Notes: generated by a model not told the origin, from the letters alone. 61,959 nucleotides of DNA from a virus (IMGVR_UViG_3300017716_002569:1-61959), one strand, 5' to 3'. Positions 24,922 through 36,255 are shown, counted from the first letter of the stretch. Made by a program: numbers and translations.

Positions 24922-27185
24922 TGATTGCGGAAGAAATAGTAGAGCGTTATCCAAAGGTCCCACTTGCTATTGCAAAGCAATACAAGGAACCAGAGACATA
25001 CCTGTGGGTTAATACAGATGATCCAAACCTATTCCCAATAAGAATAGAATTACCCAAGCCACCAGAATACCATTTGATAGCTGGTTTTGGACTTCCTGCC
25101 AGGGCACAGAAATTTGAATACCAAGTTTACCCTGAAAGACTTAAAAAGCTAGAGCGCAGGTGTACTAACATTACTCAAATTTGGGATGTGTTGGATGCCG
25201 AGCGTGACGATTACAAAGAAGAGTTAGATTGGATATTTACTCAGTGGGATAGGAGAGCCAACGGGTATTGGTGTTTTATAAATGGTAGGCCAACATACAT
25301 TGATGGTTGGCACTATACCTATGTTAATTTCTGGAAGTTCAAAAATAAAAAGCTGCCACAGTTTAGGAGTGCAAATAGGAAGTTCTTTTTATTCAACCGA
25401 TTTTCCTATACCTGTTCACATGACTTTGCAAGCAGAGACGAATTTGGCCGACCAATACCAAACGAAGATGGGTATTATGACTTTATTGATTTAGGTTATC
25501 GCGTGTGCATGGGTACCACGTTCCCTAAAGGTAGAAGGGGTGGAGCCTCAAACATGAGCTTATGTATTGGTTACTGTGAGACCACAGTAATGGAGGGTGT
25601 AATTTCTGGTATCATATCAATGAACGGGGATAGTTCAGAAAAACACTTTAAGGATATCCTTGTGCCAGGTTGGATGGAAATGCCTTTCTTCTTTAAGCCT
25701 ATGTATAATGGCAAAAATCCTCCGAGCTCAGAAATCTTTTGGGCTGCTCCGGCTAAAACTGGTGACGTTGTTAATATTGACATGGGCCTACAAACCCTAT
25801 TCAATTATTCTCCCACAGCACAAGCTACCTTTTATGATGGTGACAAGGTTTTCTTTATGCTCTGTGACGAGGAAGGAAAGGCCACAGAGGTTGACGTATC
25901 AGATAGATGGCTAGTATTAAGGCAGTGCTTAGGCCAAGGTTCAGGTGCAATTATTGAAGGGTTCAGTGTGCATCCTTCCACAGTTGGAGAAATGAACAAT
26001 AAAGGTGGAGCTGCATATTTCGAACTTTGTTCAGATTCCCATTTTGAAGATAGAAACGCGAATGGTCAGTCAAGGTCAGGTTTGTTTAATTTATTCATCC
26101 CTGCTTACGATGGACTTGAAGGATTTATTGATGAATTTGGAGAATCAATTATTGATACACCTACACCAGAGCAAGCAGCATTTATAAGAAGGAATGTTGG
26201 TGCCAGAGAATATCTATTAAAGAAAAGGCAAGCATATTTGGACAAAGGAACCCCAGCGGCACTTGAAAAGTATAGAGAAGAAGTAAGACTAAACCCTATT
26301 TGGTGGGCTGAGTGTTTTCGTACAGAGGGTGGCGATATCGGTTTCAATATGGAGATATTGGAAACAACCATGGATGAACTTCGCTACAAAAAAGACGTTT
26401 TTCAGCGTGGAAATTTACAATGGAAAGATAAGAAGGTAGATGGGGAAGTTGAATGGGAGTACGACCCAGAAGGTAAATTTGAAATGAGTAAGGTTTTCAA
26501 TCCTGAATATTACAATCGTAAATATATGAAGGATGGAGAATGGTACCCACAGTTTCCCAAACGTGGTATTTGTTCAGCTGACCCTTTCAAGTTTATGAGT
26601 GAAGCCGAGTTCAAGCAACGCAAGGACAAAGCAAAAATGAGTAATGGTGGTGGAGCTGCGTTTTGGAATAGAGACCAAGAAATTGATCCTGATAACAAAG
26701 ATATCAAGGAATGGCAAAGCTACAGGTTTGTTATGGCCTATAATTATAGGACCAGTGACCAGGATGAATATGCTGAGGATATGTTAATGATGGCAGTTTA
26801 TTTGGGTTACATGATGTACCCAGAGGTAAATGTGGACTTAGTTTATAAACACTTTGTAAAGCGTGGTTACAGCGGTTTCTTGAAATATGACATTGACGAG
26901 CTCACGGGTAAGGTTAAAGATAAACCTGGTTTTACTTCCCTTACCGCAAGCAAGCAGAAATTGTTTAATAAGCTCCGTGACCATGTAGAATTACATGGCA
27001 GAAGGGAAAAGCATATTAGTATTTTGGATGAATGTCACAGTATAAAAGGAATTGAGCAAATGACAATGTATGACTTGTTCACGGCCTGTGGCGGTTGCTT
27101 AATGGGACTTGAAAGTACGTTTGATGAACTTATTGACGAATTAAACGATTCATCTGATATTGGAATATTTTTTCATGTGCAATAA
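24921..27185 (+). CDS. terL: terminase large subunit
   Basis: Walker A-like 'KGRRGGAS', Walker B 'LCDEEGK', 'PSTVGE', nuclease 'SADPF', 'PEVN'; lies upstream of portal. Confidence 0.88.
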   Translation: MIAEEIVERYPKVPLAIAKQYKEPETYLWVNTDDPNLFPIRIELPKPPEYHLIAGFGLPARAQKFEYQVYPERLKKLERRCTNITQIWDVLDAERDDYKEELDWIFTQWDRRANGYWCFINGRPTYIDGWHYTYVNFWKFKNKKLPQFRSANRKFFLFNRFSYTCSHDFASRDEFGRPIPNEDGYYDFIDLGYRVCMGTTFPKGRRGGASNMSLCIGYCETTVMEGVISGIISMNGDSSEKHFKDILVPGWMEMPFFFKPMYNGKNPPSSEIFWAAPAKTGDVVNIDMGLQTLFNYSPTAQATFYDGDKVFFMLCDEEGKATEVDVSDRWLVLRQCLGQGSGAIIEGFSVHPSTVGEMNNKGGAAYFELCSDSHFEDRNANGQSRSGLFNLFIPAYDGLEGFIDEFGESIIDTPTPEQAAFIRRNVGAREYLLKKRQAYLDKGTPAALEKYREEVRLNPIWWAECFRTEGGDIGFNMEILETTMDELRYKKDVFQRGNLQWKDKKVDGEVEWEYDPEGKFEMSKVFNPEYYNRKYMKDGEWYPQFPKRGICSADPFKFMSEAEFKQRKDKAKMSNGGGAAFWNRDQEIDPDNKDIKEWQSYRFVMAYNYRTSDQDEYAEDMLMMAVYLGYMMYPEVNVDLVYKHFVKRGYSGFLKYDIDELTGKVKDKPGFTSLTASKQKLFNKLRDHVELHGRREKHISILDECHSIKGIEQMTMYDLFTACGGCLMGLESTFDELIDELNDSSDIGIFFHVQ

Positions 27186-27192
27186 AAAAAAA

Positions 27193-27221
27193 TTTGGATA
27201 TATTGTTTTTTATTAAATTTG
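27193..27221 (+). promoter_or_regulatory. Bacteroidota-type promoter upstream of portal
   Basis: TTTG at 27193 and TAAATTTG at 27214-27221. Confidence 0.55.
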
Positions 27222-27241
27222 CTTTATAAATCATTCTTATT

Positions 27242-29584
27242 ATGGCAAGTACATTTTCTGAACTTCAAAATAAATATAAAGGCCAAGGCTTTTTTTTCCC
27301 TTCGGATGATATTGACCCAGAAAAGAAAGACATGGATTGGTGTAAGCAGTATGCTGAGGCTATCTATTCTGTTTACATGCGTGACCGAGCAGCCATAACA
27401 ACTAGCGATAGGGCTATAATGGCTGTGCATAGATTGTATGGAGCAGGTAAGCAACCTGTGGACAAATACAAACCAATGCTAATGGGAACCAACAAAAAAA
27501 GTGATGGTCCAGGAATGGCTAATGGTGCTGACTTTCTTAGAAAGGGCCTTGTAAATATTAATTGGGAAATCCTTTCTGTTATCCCAAAGTTTAAGCAGGT
27601 TGTACTTGGTTTGTTTGAAGAGATAGACCATACCATTACTGCTAACAGCATTGATGAATCAGCTGGAATAGATAGGGAAAAAGAAATTTACGATGCTTGG
27701 TTTGATAAGCGTTATGGCGAGGGGTTTCGTAAAATGATGGCAGAACTTGGAATAGAAAGTGACGAGCCACAGTACTTGCCAGATAGCTTAGAGGAAGCTC
27801 AGATATTCCACAGTATAGGAGGATTCAAAACTCAACAGGAAATAGGTTTAGAAGAGGCTATTGAAGCTACATTTACATTGGTAAGTGATTGGAAAACCTT
27901 AAAAAGAAAATTGATTGAAGATGCCCTAGATATAAATATCATTGCATGTAGGGATGAATACGACCCTGAAACTTGCAGGTTTGTTAGCAAGTACGTTGAT
28001 CCAATAGGACTAGTAGCACAATACACAAGAGAGAATGATTTTAGGAACTCTAAATACTTTGGGCACTTTGAGGACTATAATGTTTCACAGTTAAGAATTT
28101 TAACTGGAATGTCAGAAACAGAACTAAGCGAACTAGCAATGAGCTATTGTGGTTATAATGGAAACCCTAACTTAGATACCTGGAACAACTTTAACCTTTA
28201 CAATACCACAAATAATTCTTGGGGATATGACTCTTTCAAGATAAACGTATTTGCTTGCGAGTGGCAAACAGTTAATAAAAAGTACGATACTTACCGGACA
28301 AAAAATGGTTCTGAAATAGTACAGAAAGAAAAGTTTGGTAAGGTTTATAATAGCGAAAGCAGAAAGACCACAGTTACCGATGTTCGCTTAATGTATGCAG
28401 CTAAATGGATTGTAGGTTCAAAGGTTTGCTTTGAATATGGCCCATTGAATGACCAAGCTAGGCCGAACAAAAAAGACTGCAAAAGCTCATACCATATTTA
28501 CAAGTACTTTGGTAAATCATTAGTTGAGACTATTGAGCCAAATGCGGATATGATCCAACTTGCAAATTTAAAGTTGCAAAACGGATTAGCAAAAGCTACA
28601 CCTGCAGGTATTGCTGTGGAGTTCGGTTCGTTGAGTAATATGTCAATGGGAGGTAAGTTACTTTCTCCACTAGATATTTTAACTATCCAAACTCAAACAG
28701 GAACCTTGCTTTATAAAGCAACTACACATAAAGGAGTTGTGAATATGCCAGGAGGTTTACCGATTCAACCTATGGATGTGGGTGTTGGTAAGTTATTGCA
28801 AGATTGTATTTCCATTTTTGAGATACAGCTTAATTTCATTCGCCAGGCAATTGGTATTGATGAATACACTTCCATGTCAGGCAATGCTGGTCAGGGTACA
28901 GCCACAGAGGCAAAAATAGCTGTATCAGCAACAAACAATGTATTGAAGCCAATGTATGCTGGGGTGATTTATTTAAAGGAAAGCATGGCAACCAGCTTGG
29001 CAAATAGAATCCCAATAGCTGTATTAAACAACCCTATGTGCTACGATGCATACTTGGGAATACTTGGTAAATCAAAATTAGAAGCATTAAAAATTAGCGC
29101 AGAAAAGGGCCGTTTATATTATGGTACTAGGTTAGTGGCAAAACCCAATGACCAAGACAAAGAGCGTATTGCTCAATCTGCTCAGGCAGCTTTGTTAAGT
29201 GGTAAAAATGGTGTGCCACAGTTAACGTGGCCTGAATATTCAATGGTAATGCGCACATTGGAAACTGGTAATGTTAAGTATGCAGATGCTTTATTAAACT
29301 ATAAGATTCGCAAGCGTGAGGCCATGGAAGAGAAATCAAGGGCCGATATGTTGAAAGCTCAGGGAGAAGATATAATGCGCCAAACACAAGCAAAGGTTCA
29401 GCTTGACAAAGAAATGGAAGCGTTTAAATCTGATCTTAAGATTAAGGAAATGGCATACGAGTACATGTTTAAAGAGGATGCTGAAAACACAGCTGAGGAA
29501 AGAGCATTTTTAAAAGAAATGGCAATGAAGGCCATGGACCACTCAAATGAGCAAGAAAAAAATACTCCACAAATAGGTGGTTAA
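27242..29584 (+). CDS. portal protein
   Basis: 780 aa between TerL and scaffold/MCP; 'INWEILSVIPKFKQVV' and 'GKSLVETIEP..D.IQL' resemble crAss-like portals. Confidence 0.82.
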   Translation: MASTFSELQNKYKGQGFFFPSDDIDPEKKDMDWCKQYAEAIYSVYMRDRAAITTSDRAIMAVHRLYGAGKQPVDKYKPMLMGTNKKSDGPGMANGADFLRKGLVNINWEILSVIPKFKQVVLGLFEEIDHTITANSIDESAGIDREKEIYDAWFDKRYGEGFRKMMAELGIESDEPQYLPDSLEEAQIFHSIGGFKTQQEIGLEEAIEATFTLVSDWKTLKRKLIEDALDINIIACRDEYDPETCRFVSKYVDPIGLVAQYTRENDFRNSKYFGHFEDYNVSQLRILTGMSETELSELAMSYCGYNGNPNLDTWNNFNLYNTTNNSWGYDSFKINVFACEWQTVNKKYDTYRTKNGSEIVQKEKFGKVYNSESRKTTVTDVRLMYAAKWIVGSKVCFEYGPLNDQARPNKKDCKSSYHIYKYFGKSLVETIEPNADMIQLANLKLQNGLAKATPAGIAVEFGSLSNMSMGGKLLSPLDILTIQTQTGTLLYKATTHKGVVNMPGGLPIQPMDVGVGKLLQDCISIFEIQLNFIRQAIGIDEYTSMSGNAGQGTATEAKIAVSATNNVLKPMYAGVIYLKESMATSLANRIPIAVLNNPMCYDAYLGILGKSKLEALKISAEKGRLYYGTRLVAKPNDQDKERIAQSAQAALLSGKNGVPQLTWPEYSMVMRTLETGNVKYADALLNYKIRKREAMEEKSRADMLKAQGEDIMRQTQAKVQLDKEMEAFKSDLKIKEMAYEYMFKEDAENTAEERAFLKEMAMKAMDHSNEQEKNTPQIGG

Positions 29585-29650
29585 AAAAAAATTTTGTTTT
29601 TAATGTAGAAATATAGATACATTTGTGTAAGAAATAAAAAACAGAGAGTT

Positions 29651-30724
29651 ATGGTAGAATTTGGAGACGATATTGAAACATTGGTGAGTAAAAATCAAGC
29701 ACCTGTAAATATAGGTAATGATAATCCACCAGCACCACCTGCTAATCCAGGAGGGGACCCACCACCAGTACCACCTGCTAACCCAGGCGGTGATCCACCA
29801 CCAACGCCACCAGCACCAGCTGCAACTCCTACATTTGGAGAAGTTCTTGGTGAAGAGTGGGCCGATGTTGAAAAAGCTAGAACCTTGCCAGCAAGGTTAA
29901 AAGAGTTAGAAGAAAAGGCAAGCAGAACTGTGTTACCAACCTATGCGGATGAAGACACAGCAATGTATGACCAATTTGTAAGAAGCACAAAGATTAAAGA
30001 CTTTGGCTTATTTAATAAGATTAAGAGTTTTGACGAGTCTGCTACAGATTCAATTGAAACCTTAATCATGAAAAAAATAATTGACAACCCCAAATTGATG
30101 GGTTTTGAAAGTAAGATTCGCGAGGACCTTACAAAACAATATCGAGTTGATGATAGATTGGAAGATGAAGTTGACCTTAAGTATAACAGAATAAAGTTAG
30201 ACGAGGATGCAGCCACAGCCAAACAATCTATAAGTTCTTTGAAAGAGAGTATTTCAAAATTTGATCCTAAAGCGCAAGAGGAAACCAGAAACCTTGCTGC
30301 AGCCCAACTAAAAGAGGCATGGCAACCAGCATTACAAGGAATAGACCAATCCTTTAAGCAGGTTACAGCCGAAATTACTATTGGTGAAGGAGACAAGGCT
30401 CAGAATTTTAATGTTGCGATTGATGTACCAGCCGAAGTTAAGCCACAGATTATGGCAGAACTTGACACATTTATTCAATCATACAACATTCCAAACAATG
30501 AGCAAGGTCAAGCCGCAGTAAAGGAGTTTATGGAAAATCGAGCCTTATTACTAAACAAAAAAGCTGTTTTTGCAAGCATTTGGGGACAAGCAGTGGCGGC
30601 AGCTACTAAGGCCATTAATAATGGCATACACAACCCAACAACAGGTTTGCCATCATCAGCAGGAAGCGAAGCACTTACAGGAAATTCACATGTAGATTCC
30701 TCAAAGGCAGCATTTGCTGACTAA
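29651..30724 (+). CDS. capsid scaffolding-like protein
   Basis: Acidic, Pro-rich N-terminus; lies between portal and MCP; promoter box TACATTTG at 29618-29625. Confidence 0.6.
   Translation: MVEFGDDIETLVSKNQAPVNIGNDNPPAPPANPGGDPPPVPPANPGGDPPPTPPAPAATPTFGEVLGEEWADVEKARTLPARLKELEEKASRTVLPTYADEDTAMYDQFVRSTKIKDFGLFNKIKSFDESATDSIETLIMKKIIDNPKLMGFESKIREDLTKQYRVDDRLEDEVDLKYNRIKLDEDAATAKQSISSLKESISKFDPKAQEETRNLAAAQLKEAWQPALQGIDQSFKQVTAEITIGEGDKAQNFNVAIDVPAEVKPQIMAELDTFIQSYNIPNNEQGQAAVKEFMENRALLLNKKAVFASIWGQAVAAATKAINNGIHNPTTGLPSSAGSEALTGNSHVDSSKAAFAD
29726..29803 (+). repeat. 36-bp tandem duplication encoding PPxPPANPGGDP
   Basis: CCACCAG(C/T)ACCACCTGCTAA(T/C)CCAGG(A/C)GG(G/T)GA(C/T)CCA present twice. 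Confidence 0.75.
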
Positions 30725-30812
30725 TAGTATTGTATAGAGTTTTTAGAGAGTAGTTGTAGAGTATGTTTTTTATGTATTTTTTTTATTATCAACAATCTAA
30801 AGACTTATTACA

Positions 30813-32192
30813 ATGTCTAATGCAACCACACCAGTTACCTCCATTTACTATAATGACATAGTATCTGGATTTGATCTCCATAAACCGGAGTTCCTAAGTT
30901 CACTTTATCGTCGTTATGGCGACCAAGGAGTGAACATGTTACAAACATTAAGAGCCATGGGCTTCGAAATGAATGTATCTCAACAAGATTATTCACATTT
31001 TGAAGAGAATTGGATTACCGATTCCTTCGTAAACAAAACAGCGTTTTCAGCTGGTGCCGCAGGTGCCGATGTAAACATGACCTTAGATGCTAGTTCACTT
31101 GATGCTAGTAACCGCTTTTATGTTCGTAAGTTCGATATTATCTTGTTCCCGAATGAGGTAACAGCTTACGTTGCAGCTATTGACGTATCAACTCCTTCTG
31201 CTCCTGTGCTTACATTACGACCACAAGATGTATTAGATGCAATCCCTGCTACCTCCGCTGGTGCAACATTAATTATCACTGGTAATATGTTCTCGGAAGG
31301 TTCTGGACAACCTAATGGCCGTTTTTCAGGTGCCTACAAATACACAAACAACACTCACATTGTTAAGGAAACTATCGGTGCAACTGGTACTGAATTAACA
31401 AATGAGAGCTGGGTAAAAGTTGTGGATGGTAAAGGTATTGAGGGTTGGTTTAACAAGGCTTACCAGATTGACTTGGATTACAGAATGTCAAAAAACATGT
31501 CTGGTGTATTTATGTTCTCAAAGAAAACTACTAATACAGCTGCAGTTGACCCTGCTACTGGTTACGCTATCAGAACCACAGAAGGTTTCTTCCCTTACTT
31601 AAGACGTTTGGGTAATGTTTATCCTTACACTCCTGGTTCTTTCTCAGTTAGTGATTTTGATGAATTTGACCGTATTTTAGCTGCTAACTATGCAGGTAAC
31701 TATGTAATGGCTTACTTAGCTCAAAACCTACATATAGAGGTTGAAAATAAGTTAGTTGATTTCAACAAGTTTACTGGCATTGATTACACCCGTAAGGTTG
31801 TAAACGCAGATTTATTCGGTAACGATGAATCATTAGCAGTTTCAGTTAACTTCTCATTATTTACTAAAGCAACCCGTACTTATTTGTTCAAGCGTTTCAG
31901 CGAATTGAATGATCCTAAGTCTTATGGTGCCACAGGTTATCCAATGAAAAACTTTGGTATCTTGTTCCCATTAGATAAAAATAGAAAAGATAAAGCCGGT
32001 AACAAAGTAGGTAATATCGGTATTCGCTTTAAAGCAATGGGTTCTTACAGCCGTAAGATGGAAACATTCGAATTAGGTTCAGCAAACGTGGCTATCAAAA
32101 CCACAGACGTTGATACCAAGAATGTGTATCAACGTACAGACATGGGAGCACATTTTATGGGTGGAAACCAAATGATATTGATTACGCCATAG
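30813..32192 (+). CDS. major capsid protein
   Basis: 459 aa, strongly biased codon usage, followed by a strong terminator; 'YTNNTHIVKET' and 'TTEGFFPYL' fit an HK97-fold crAss-like MCP. Confidence 0.85.
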   Translation: MSNATTPVTSIYYNDIVSGFDLHKPEFLSSLYRRYGDQGVNMLQTLRAMGFEMNVSQQDYSHFEENWITDSFVNKTAFSAGAAGADVNMTLDASSLDASNRFYVRKFDIILFPNEVTAYVAAIDVSTPSAPVLTLRPQDVLDAIPATSAGATLIITGNMFSEGSGQPNGRFSGAYKYTNNTHIVKETIGATGTELTNESWVKVVDGKGIEGWFNKAYQIDLDYRMSKNMSGVFMFSKKTTNTAAVDPATGYAIRTTEGFFPYLRRLGNVYPYTPGSFSVSDFDEFDRILAANYAGNYVMAYLAQNLHIEVENKLVDFNKFTGIDYTRKVVNADLFGNDESLAVSVNFSLFTKATRTYLFKRFSELNDPKSYGATGYPMKNFGILFPLDKNRKDKAGNKVGNIGIRFKAMGSYSRKMETFELGSANVAIKTTDVDTKNVYQRTDMGAHFMGGNQMILITP

Positions 32193-32196
32193 TCAA

Positions 32197-32234
32197 AAGG
32201 AGGGACTGCTTAGGTGGTCCCTCCTTAATTTTTT
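32197..32234 (+). terminator. intrinsic terminator after MCP
   Basis: AAGGAGGGACTGC-TTAG-GTGGTCCCTCCTT-AATTTTTT. Confidence 0.85.
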
Positions 32235-32263
32235 AGAGTAACACAGATTAAAAAAAAGAGTAT

Positions 32264-33166
32264 ATGTTGTTTAAAAACGATGTTAGATTTGAACTTAGTA
32301 AATCAGAGATTGAAGAGTTTATTCAAGAGTTTGAACTTAAAAAGTTCCCAGTAAGGTTTAAATATGTTCCACAGTTATATACTGAAACAAAGGACAATGA
32401 GAAGCCTGACAGACCAAGGAGTGTAAATATTCCGTGGCTTGAAACAGTAAGTGATGAAGGTGGTATTAACGCTTTCAGGTATGCTGAATCAGTAAACCCA
32501 GGAGGCATAAACCAACCTCCAGTGTATTATCCTCACAGAGAAATGGTACATGAAGTGTTGGTTGTAAATAGGCATGAAATTGAAAAGATTTGGTTTTTGT
32601 TGAAATATAGTAAACATGTTCGTGGTGGCAAAAATGCTGCTCAATCATTAAATACATATTTAATAGTTGAAAACAAAAGAGCAGAGGCCAAAATCAAAAT
32701 TGATGCTGACAAAGAGATTAGTAATCTTAAGACTTTGTTGTATGACGAAAACAAACTTAAAGATGATGAAGTTACTGATCTTGCGAAAGCATTGTATATG
32801 GATGGAGCAGATGATTTATCGCGTGAAGAAATTGTTGTTTCAATTCTTAGCGCAATTAATTTAGCTCAAAATAAAGCAGAGTATTGTAAAAATGTAAGAA
32901 TGTTAATTTCCCATGAAACTGTCAGGTCAACCGACAATGTGTTGATTCAAGATGCCACAGATTATGGAGTAATAATGTTTATTAAAGGCAAAGGAATATT
33001 CTTTAAAGATGATAAAGGCCAACCAGACGAAATGATTTGTAAGGTTAAGTCTGGTGGAGATTGGAAAGAAGGATTATCAGATTACCTTGTTAAAAACGTG
33101 AAAACAAAAGAGTTGTTAGTTAGAGAGGTTGAAGCTAAGAAAATAGCCGCAACGGCATCTAACTAA
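32264..33166 (+). CDS. hypothetical virion-module protein
   Basis: 300-aa ORF directly after MCP. Confidence 0.65.
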   Translation: MLFKNDVRFELSKSEIEEFIQEFELKKFPVRFKYVPQLYTETKDNEKPDRPRSVNIPWLETVSDEGGINAFRYAESVNPGGINQPPVYYPHREMVHEVLVVNRHEIEKIWFLLKYSKHVRGGKNAAQSLNTYLIVENKRAEAKIKIDADKEISNLKTLLYDENKLKDDEVTDLAKALYMDGADDLSREEIVVSILSAINLAQNKAEYCKNVRMLISHETVRSTDNVLIQDATDYGVIMFIKGKGIFFKDDKGQPDEMICKVKSGGDWKEGLSDYLVKNVKTKELLVREVEAKKIAATASN

Positions 33167-33189
33167 CATAATAGTTATTTGAATTACTT

Positions 33190-33227
33190 AAAAAAGCCTA
33201 CCATCATAAGTGGATGGCTTTTTTTTT
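33190..33227 (+). terminator. intrinsic terminator
   Basis: AAAAAAGCC..CCA..TGG..GGCTTTTTTTTT. Confidence 0.6.
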
Positions 33228-33242
33228 AAAATAAAAAATAAA

Positions 33243-34886
33243 ATGACAGCAATTACCGCACTAGCAAAACCAACATTTGTTGTTGGGCTAAACAATGTAA
33301 AAACCCTTAACTACAAAGACAATACTAATTGGGCTGTAATATCCAATAATGAGTATATTTATTTACAGGCGTTAAGTGCAATTTTAAAAATTTCAGGTCC
33401 TAATGGGGCGTTTTTTATTAACGCTGGTTATCCTACAAATAGTTTTTCAAATCCAGATATTAATTTATTAGTATCAACTACAAAAATAGGTATTGCACCC
33501 ATTCCAGTTGATATTGAAAATAAAATATTAAATGGTCAGTATTCAATGTATGTTAAATATCAAGCCAATTTTGGTGATATTGTAGCTGTAAATACTGGTA
33601 CCAAGAAGTTTACGTTAACTCCAAGCGGTGACTATGCAGATTTTATTCAAAACCTAAAAGACACCACAGGAACTATTTTTAAGGTTGTAGGTGGTGCAAA
33701 TGCTGGTACTTATACCATAGCCAGCGTTACTAATGGAATTTCAGGAACAGAGGTTATTGTAAATGAAACAATACCAAGTGCAGTAGTAGCAGGAGTTTTT
33801 TATGCTCAAACAGCAGAACAGGCTAATAGCATTAATTTTTGCTATACCATACCAACTCCAATAGTTGAAATTACTTCAAATTGCTTTCAAAGTAGATTGA
33901 TTTGTAAAGATGCCACAGATTATGGTTCTGCAGGTGTTGTGATTGTTTCGCGCGAAAATAGAGTAAAATACCCATTAACAATGGAAACTCCTGTGGCAGA
34001 CGTTGTGAGTACAAGTATTAATGTTAATCAGCAATTAACTATAAATCCAATATATACACATACTTGGGCAGGAGTTATAACTACTAATTTCACAGTTGAT
34101 AAAACAACTTATGGCCTTGACATATATATAAAAGGATTGCAAGAGCATACTGTGAATTGTGATATTAGATTATGTGCTGCTTTTACTTGCATTAAAAGTT
34201 TAGTTGATCAGTATAATGCTTACTTGGGCACAAACCCCACAGCGGCAAATAAACTTCAAAACACATTATTTAAGGTACAAGATGCATATATGCTATATAG
34301 TATAGCTGTGGAGTGTGGTAATGATGAAGAGGCTTGTAGGCAAGTTGATATCATTGTGGACCTAATAGGTTCCACTGGTTGCGACTGTGGTTGCACAGGA
34401 AGTGACGATTCTGGTTTTGCTCAACTTGTATTAGCTGTAGGAAGCGCAGAAGGAGGCTCAATGCCTTTAAATTATCTTGAAGAGGACAATATCACTGTTA
34501 ATTCTAACGCAAAAGTTCCAAGTAACAAAGCTGTTATTAATTATGTAGCACAAGAATTGGAAGGGTATATTCCTGTTTATGTAGATAATGTTGCATCTGG
34601 TTCAGGTGTTATAAATGAGTTATCTGGAAAAATAAGTTTAAATGCAACAAACGCACCAGTTTTACCTAGTGAAATTGGATTATTTACTTTCAGCAACAAT
34701 AAAATTGAGGCAAATGATTATGTTGATATACAAATAAAGGATCAATCAGGAATAGGAAGTTCTTATTATTCTTTACTAGACGTTAAGGCTAAATCTGGTG
34801 GAGTTGATTTTAGGTGTATTTTAAATGGCGTTTCTCCTGTTGATAATGCTATTGAAATTCAATTCATAGTTTGTAAAGGTTCATAA
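33243..34886 (+). CDS. structural protein (tail hub / fibre-docking-like)
   Basis: Beta-rich with a Cys cluster 'CDCGC'; lies before the ring proteins; ATG at 33243. Confidence 0.55.
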   Translation: MTAITALAKPTFVVGLNNVKTLNYKDNTNWAVISNNEYIYLQALSAILKISGPNGAFFINAGYPTNSFSNPDINLLVSTTKIGIAPIPVDIENKILNGQYSMYVKYQANFGDIVAVNTGTKKFTLTPSGDYADFIQNLKDTTGTIFKVVGGANAGTYTIASVTNGISGTEVIVNETIPSAVVAGVFYAQTAEQANSINFCYTIPTPIVEITSNCFQSRLICKDATDYGSAGVVIVSRENRVKYPLTMETPVADVVSTSINVNQQLTINPIYTHTWAGVITTNFTVDKTTYGLDIYIKGLQEHTVNCDIRLCAAFTCIKSLVDQYNAYLGTNPTAANKLQNTLFKVQDAYMLYSIAVECGNDEEACRQVDIIVDLIGSTGCDCGCTGSDDSGFAQLVLAVGSAEGGSMPLNYLEEDNITVNSNAKVPSNKAVINYVAQELEGYIPVYVDNVASGSGVINELSGKISLNATNAPVLPSEIGLFTFSNNKIEANDYVDIQIKDQSGIGSSYYSLLDVKAKSGGVDFRCILNGVSPVDNAIEIQFIVCKGS

Positions 34887-34888
34887 TC

Positions 34889-35617
34889 ATGAATGTTCAA
34901 GAAATATTAAACTATGTTAATTTCAGATTGAATAAGGAACAGTCTGGTAGGTCTATGACCGAGGACCAGTATAATCTTATTTTGCAGGTAATTAATATAG
35001 AATACATGAAATGGAAGTATGGTTTGCCAGAGGAATACCAACCAGGCAGTCCAATTCCAAGACAGTTTTGGGAAGCAACCCAAAAGATAACTGACGATAT
35101 GCGTTGGGCCAAAGTAAAGATGGGAGGTCAAGAAGGAGGACAAATGGTGATTGATGTTAATGGCATTGCACAGATTCCAAGCGATTACCTTCACTATTCA
35201 TCAATATGGTTTAACTACCTTAAGAATAATAAGGAGTGTGGAAATCCTCCAAGCAAAAAAGTTTATTCAGTTGAAGTGTTATTTGATGCTCAGGTTGGTG
35301 ATAGAATTACCCATCCAGTAAAAGGGCCTACATTGAAATATCCTTTTTGCTGTTTCTATAATAGCTACATTGAGTTTTGGCCAAAGGAATTAGGGGCAGT
35401 TGAGTTTACTTACATTAGGGTTCCTAGAACTCCCGTGTATGCTTATACTGTGGTTAATGATGAACCTGTTTATAATGCCGCAGGTTCAGTTCAATTAGAA
35501 TGGCCTGTGGATTGTCATGCAGATATTGCTAATTTAATTGTAAATTTAGCAAGTGAAAACTTGCGTGACCAATTTATGAACCAAGTTTCCGAACAACGTA
35601 AAGAAAGGGGAATCTAA
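34889..35617 (+). CDS. head-tail adaptor / tail ring protein
   Basis: 'MNVQEILNYVNFRLNKEQSG', 'IPSDYLH', 'YIRVPRTP' resemble P22 gp4/crAss ring proteins. Confidence 0.7.
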   Translation: MNVQEILNYVNFRLNKEQSGRSMTEDQYNLILQVINIEYMKWKYGLPEEYQPGSPIPRQFWEATQKITDDMRWAKVKMGGQEGGQMVIDVNGIAQIPSDYLHYSSIWFNYLKNNKECGNPPSKKVYSVEVLFDAQVGDRITHPVKGPTLKYPFCCFYNSYIEFWPKELGAVEFTYIRVPRTPVYAYTVVNDEPVYNAAGSVQLEWPVDCHADIANLIVNLASENLRDQFMNQVSEQRKERGI

Positions 35618-36255
35618 TGAACAAAGAACAATTTGTAAAAATTATACAGACCCAGCTTGCTAATGGAAACGTAACTTCTGCATTATTGGGTAAATACCAT
35701 CCTGCAGAAATTGAAAAGTTTATTGAAATGGCTTACAATGATGTTGTAGGTAAGGCTTATAGTCAGTCTCAAAGGTATTCTGACTTCTCACAGCTTGACA
35801 ACCATATAAAGGCTTATAAAAAGGTTCCCGTACATTACGAACAAGACCTTTGTGAATATTACTCTGAGTTACCTGCTCCAATTATTCAGATACCGGATAA
35901 CCAGTCAATCAGATTAATTAGTCCTATGCTTGACCAAGGCTATGCATTTGTATTTGAAGATAACTCTTCCACAGCTGTATTTAATGAGCTTGAAGTAAAT
36001 GCACTTGACAGTTCAGCTGCTTATCAGGTTGAAGGTTCACAGATTAGATATAAGTCAGGAATGACCGATGATATGGCTAAGGCTGGAATGTTGATGAAGC
36101 TAGTGGTTCAGTTTGGAGCATTAGAAGATGAAGATACAGTTTATATGCCATCAGGGATGTCAACATTGATCACCAGTACTGTGGTTGAATTTTTAACCCA
36201 AAGGAAGTCTGGACCAGAACAAACTAATAATGATTCAACCTCTAAAATGGCATAA
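35617..36255 (+). CDS. tail ring protein
   Basis: Similar size and architecture to its neighbours ('YSELPAPII'). Confidence 0.55.
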   Translation: MNKEQFVKIIQTQLANGNVTSALLGKYHPAEIEKFIEMAYNDVVGKAYSQSQRYSDFSQLDNHIKAYKKVPVHYEQDLCEYYSELPAPIIQIPDNQSIRLISPMLDQGYAFVFEDNSSTAVFNELEVNALDSSAAYQVEGSQIRYKSGMTDDMAKAGMLMKLVVQFGALEDEDTVYMPSGMSTLITSTVVEFLTQRKSGPEQTNNDSTSKMA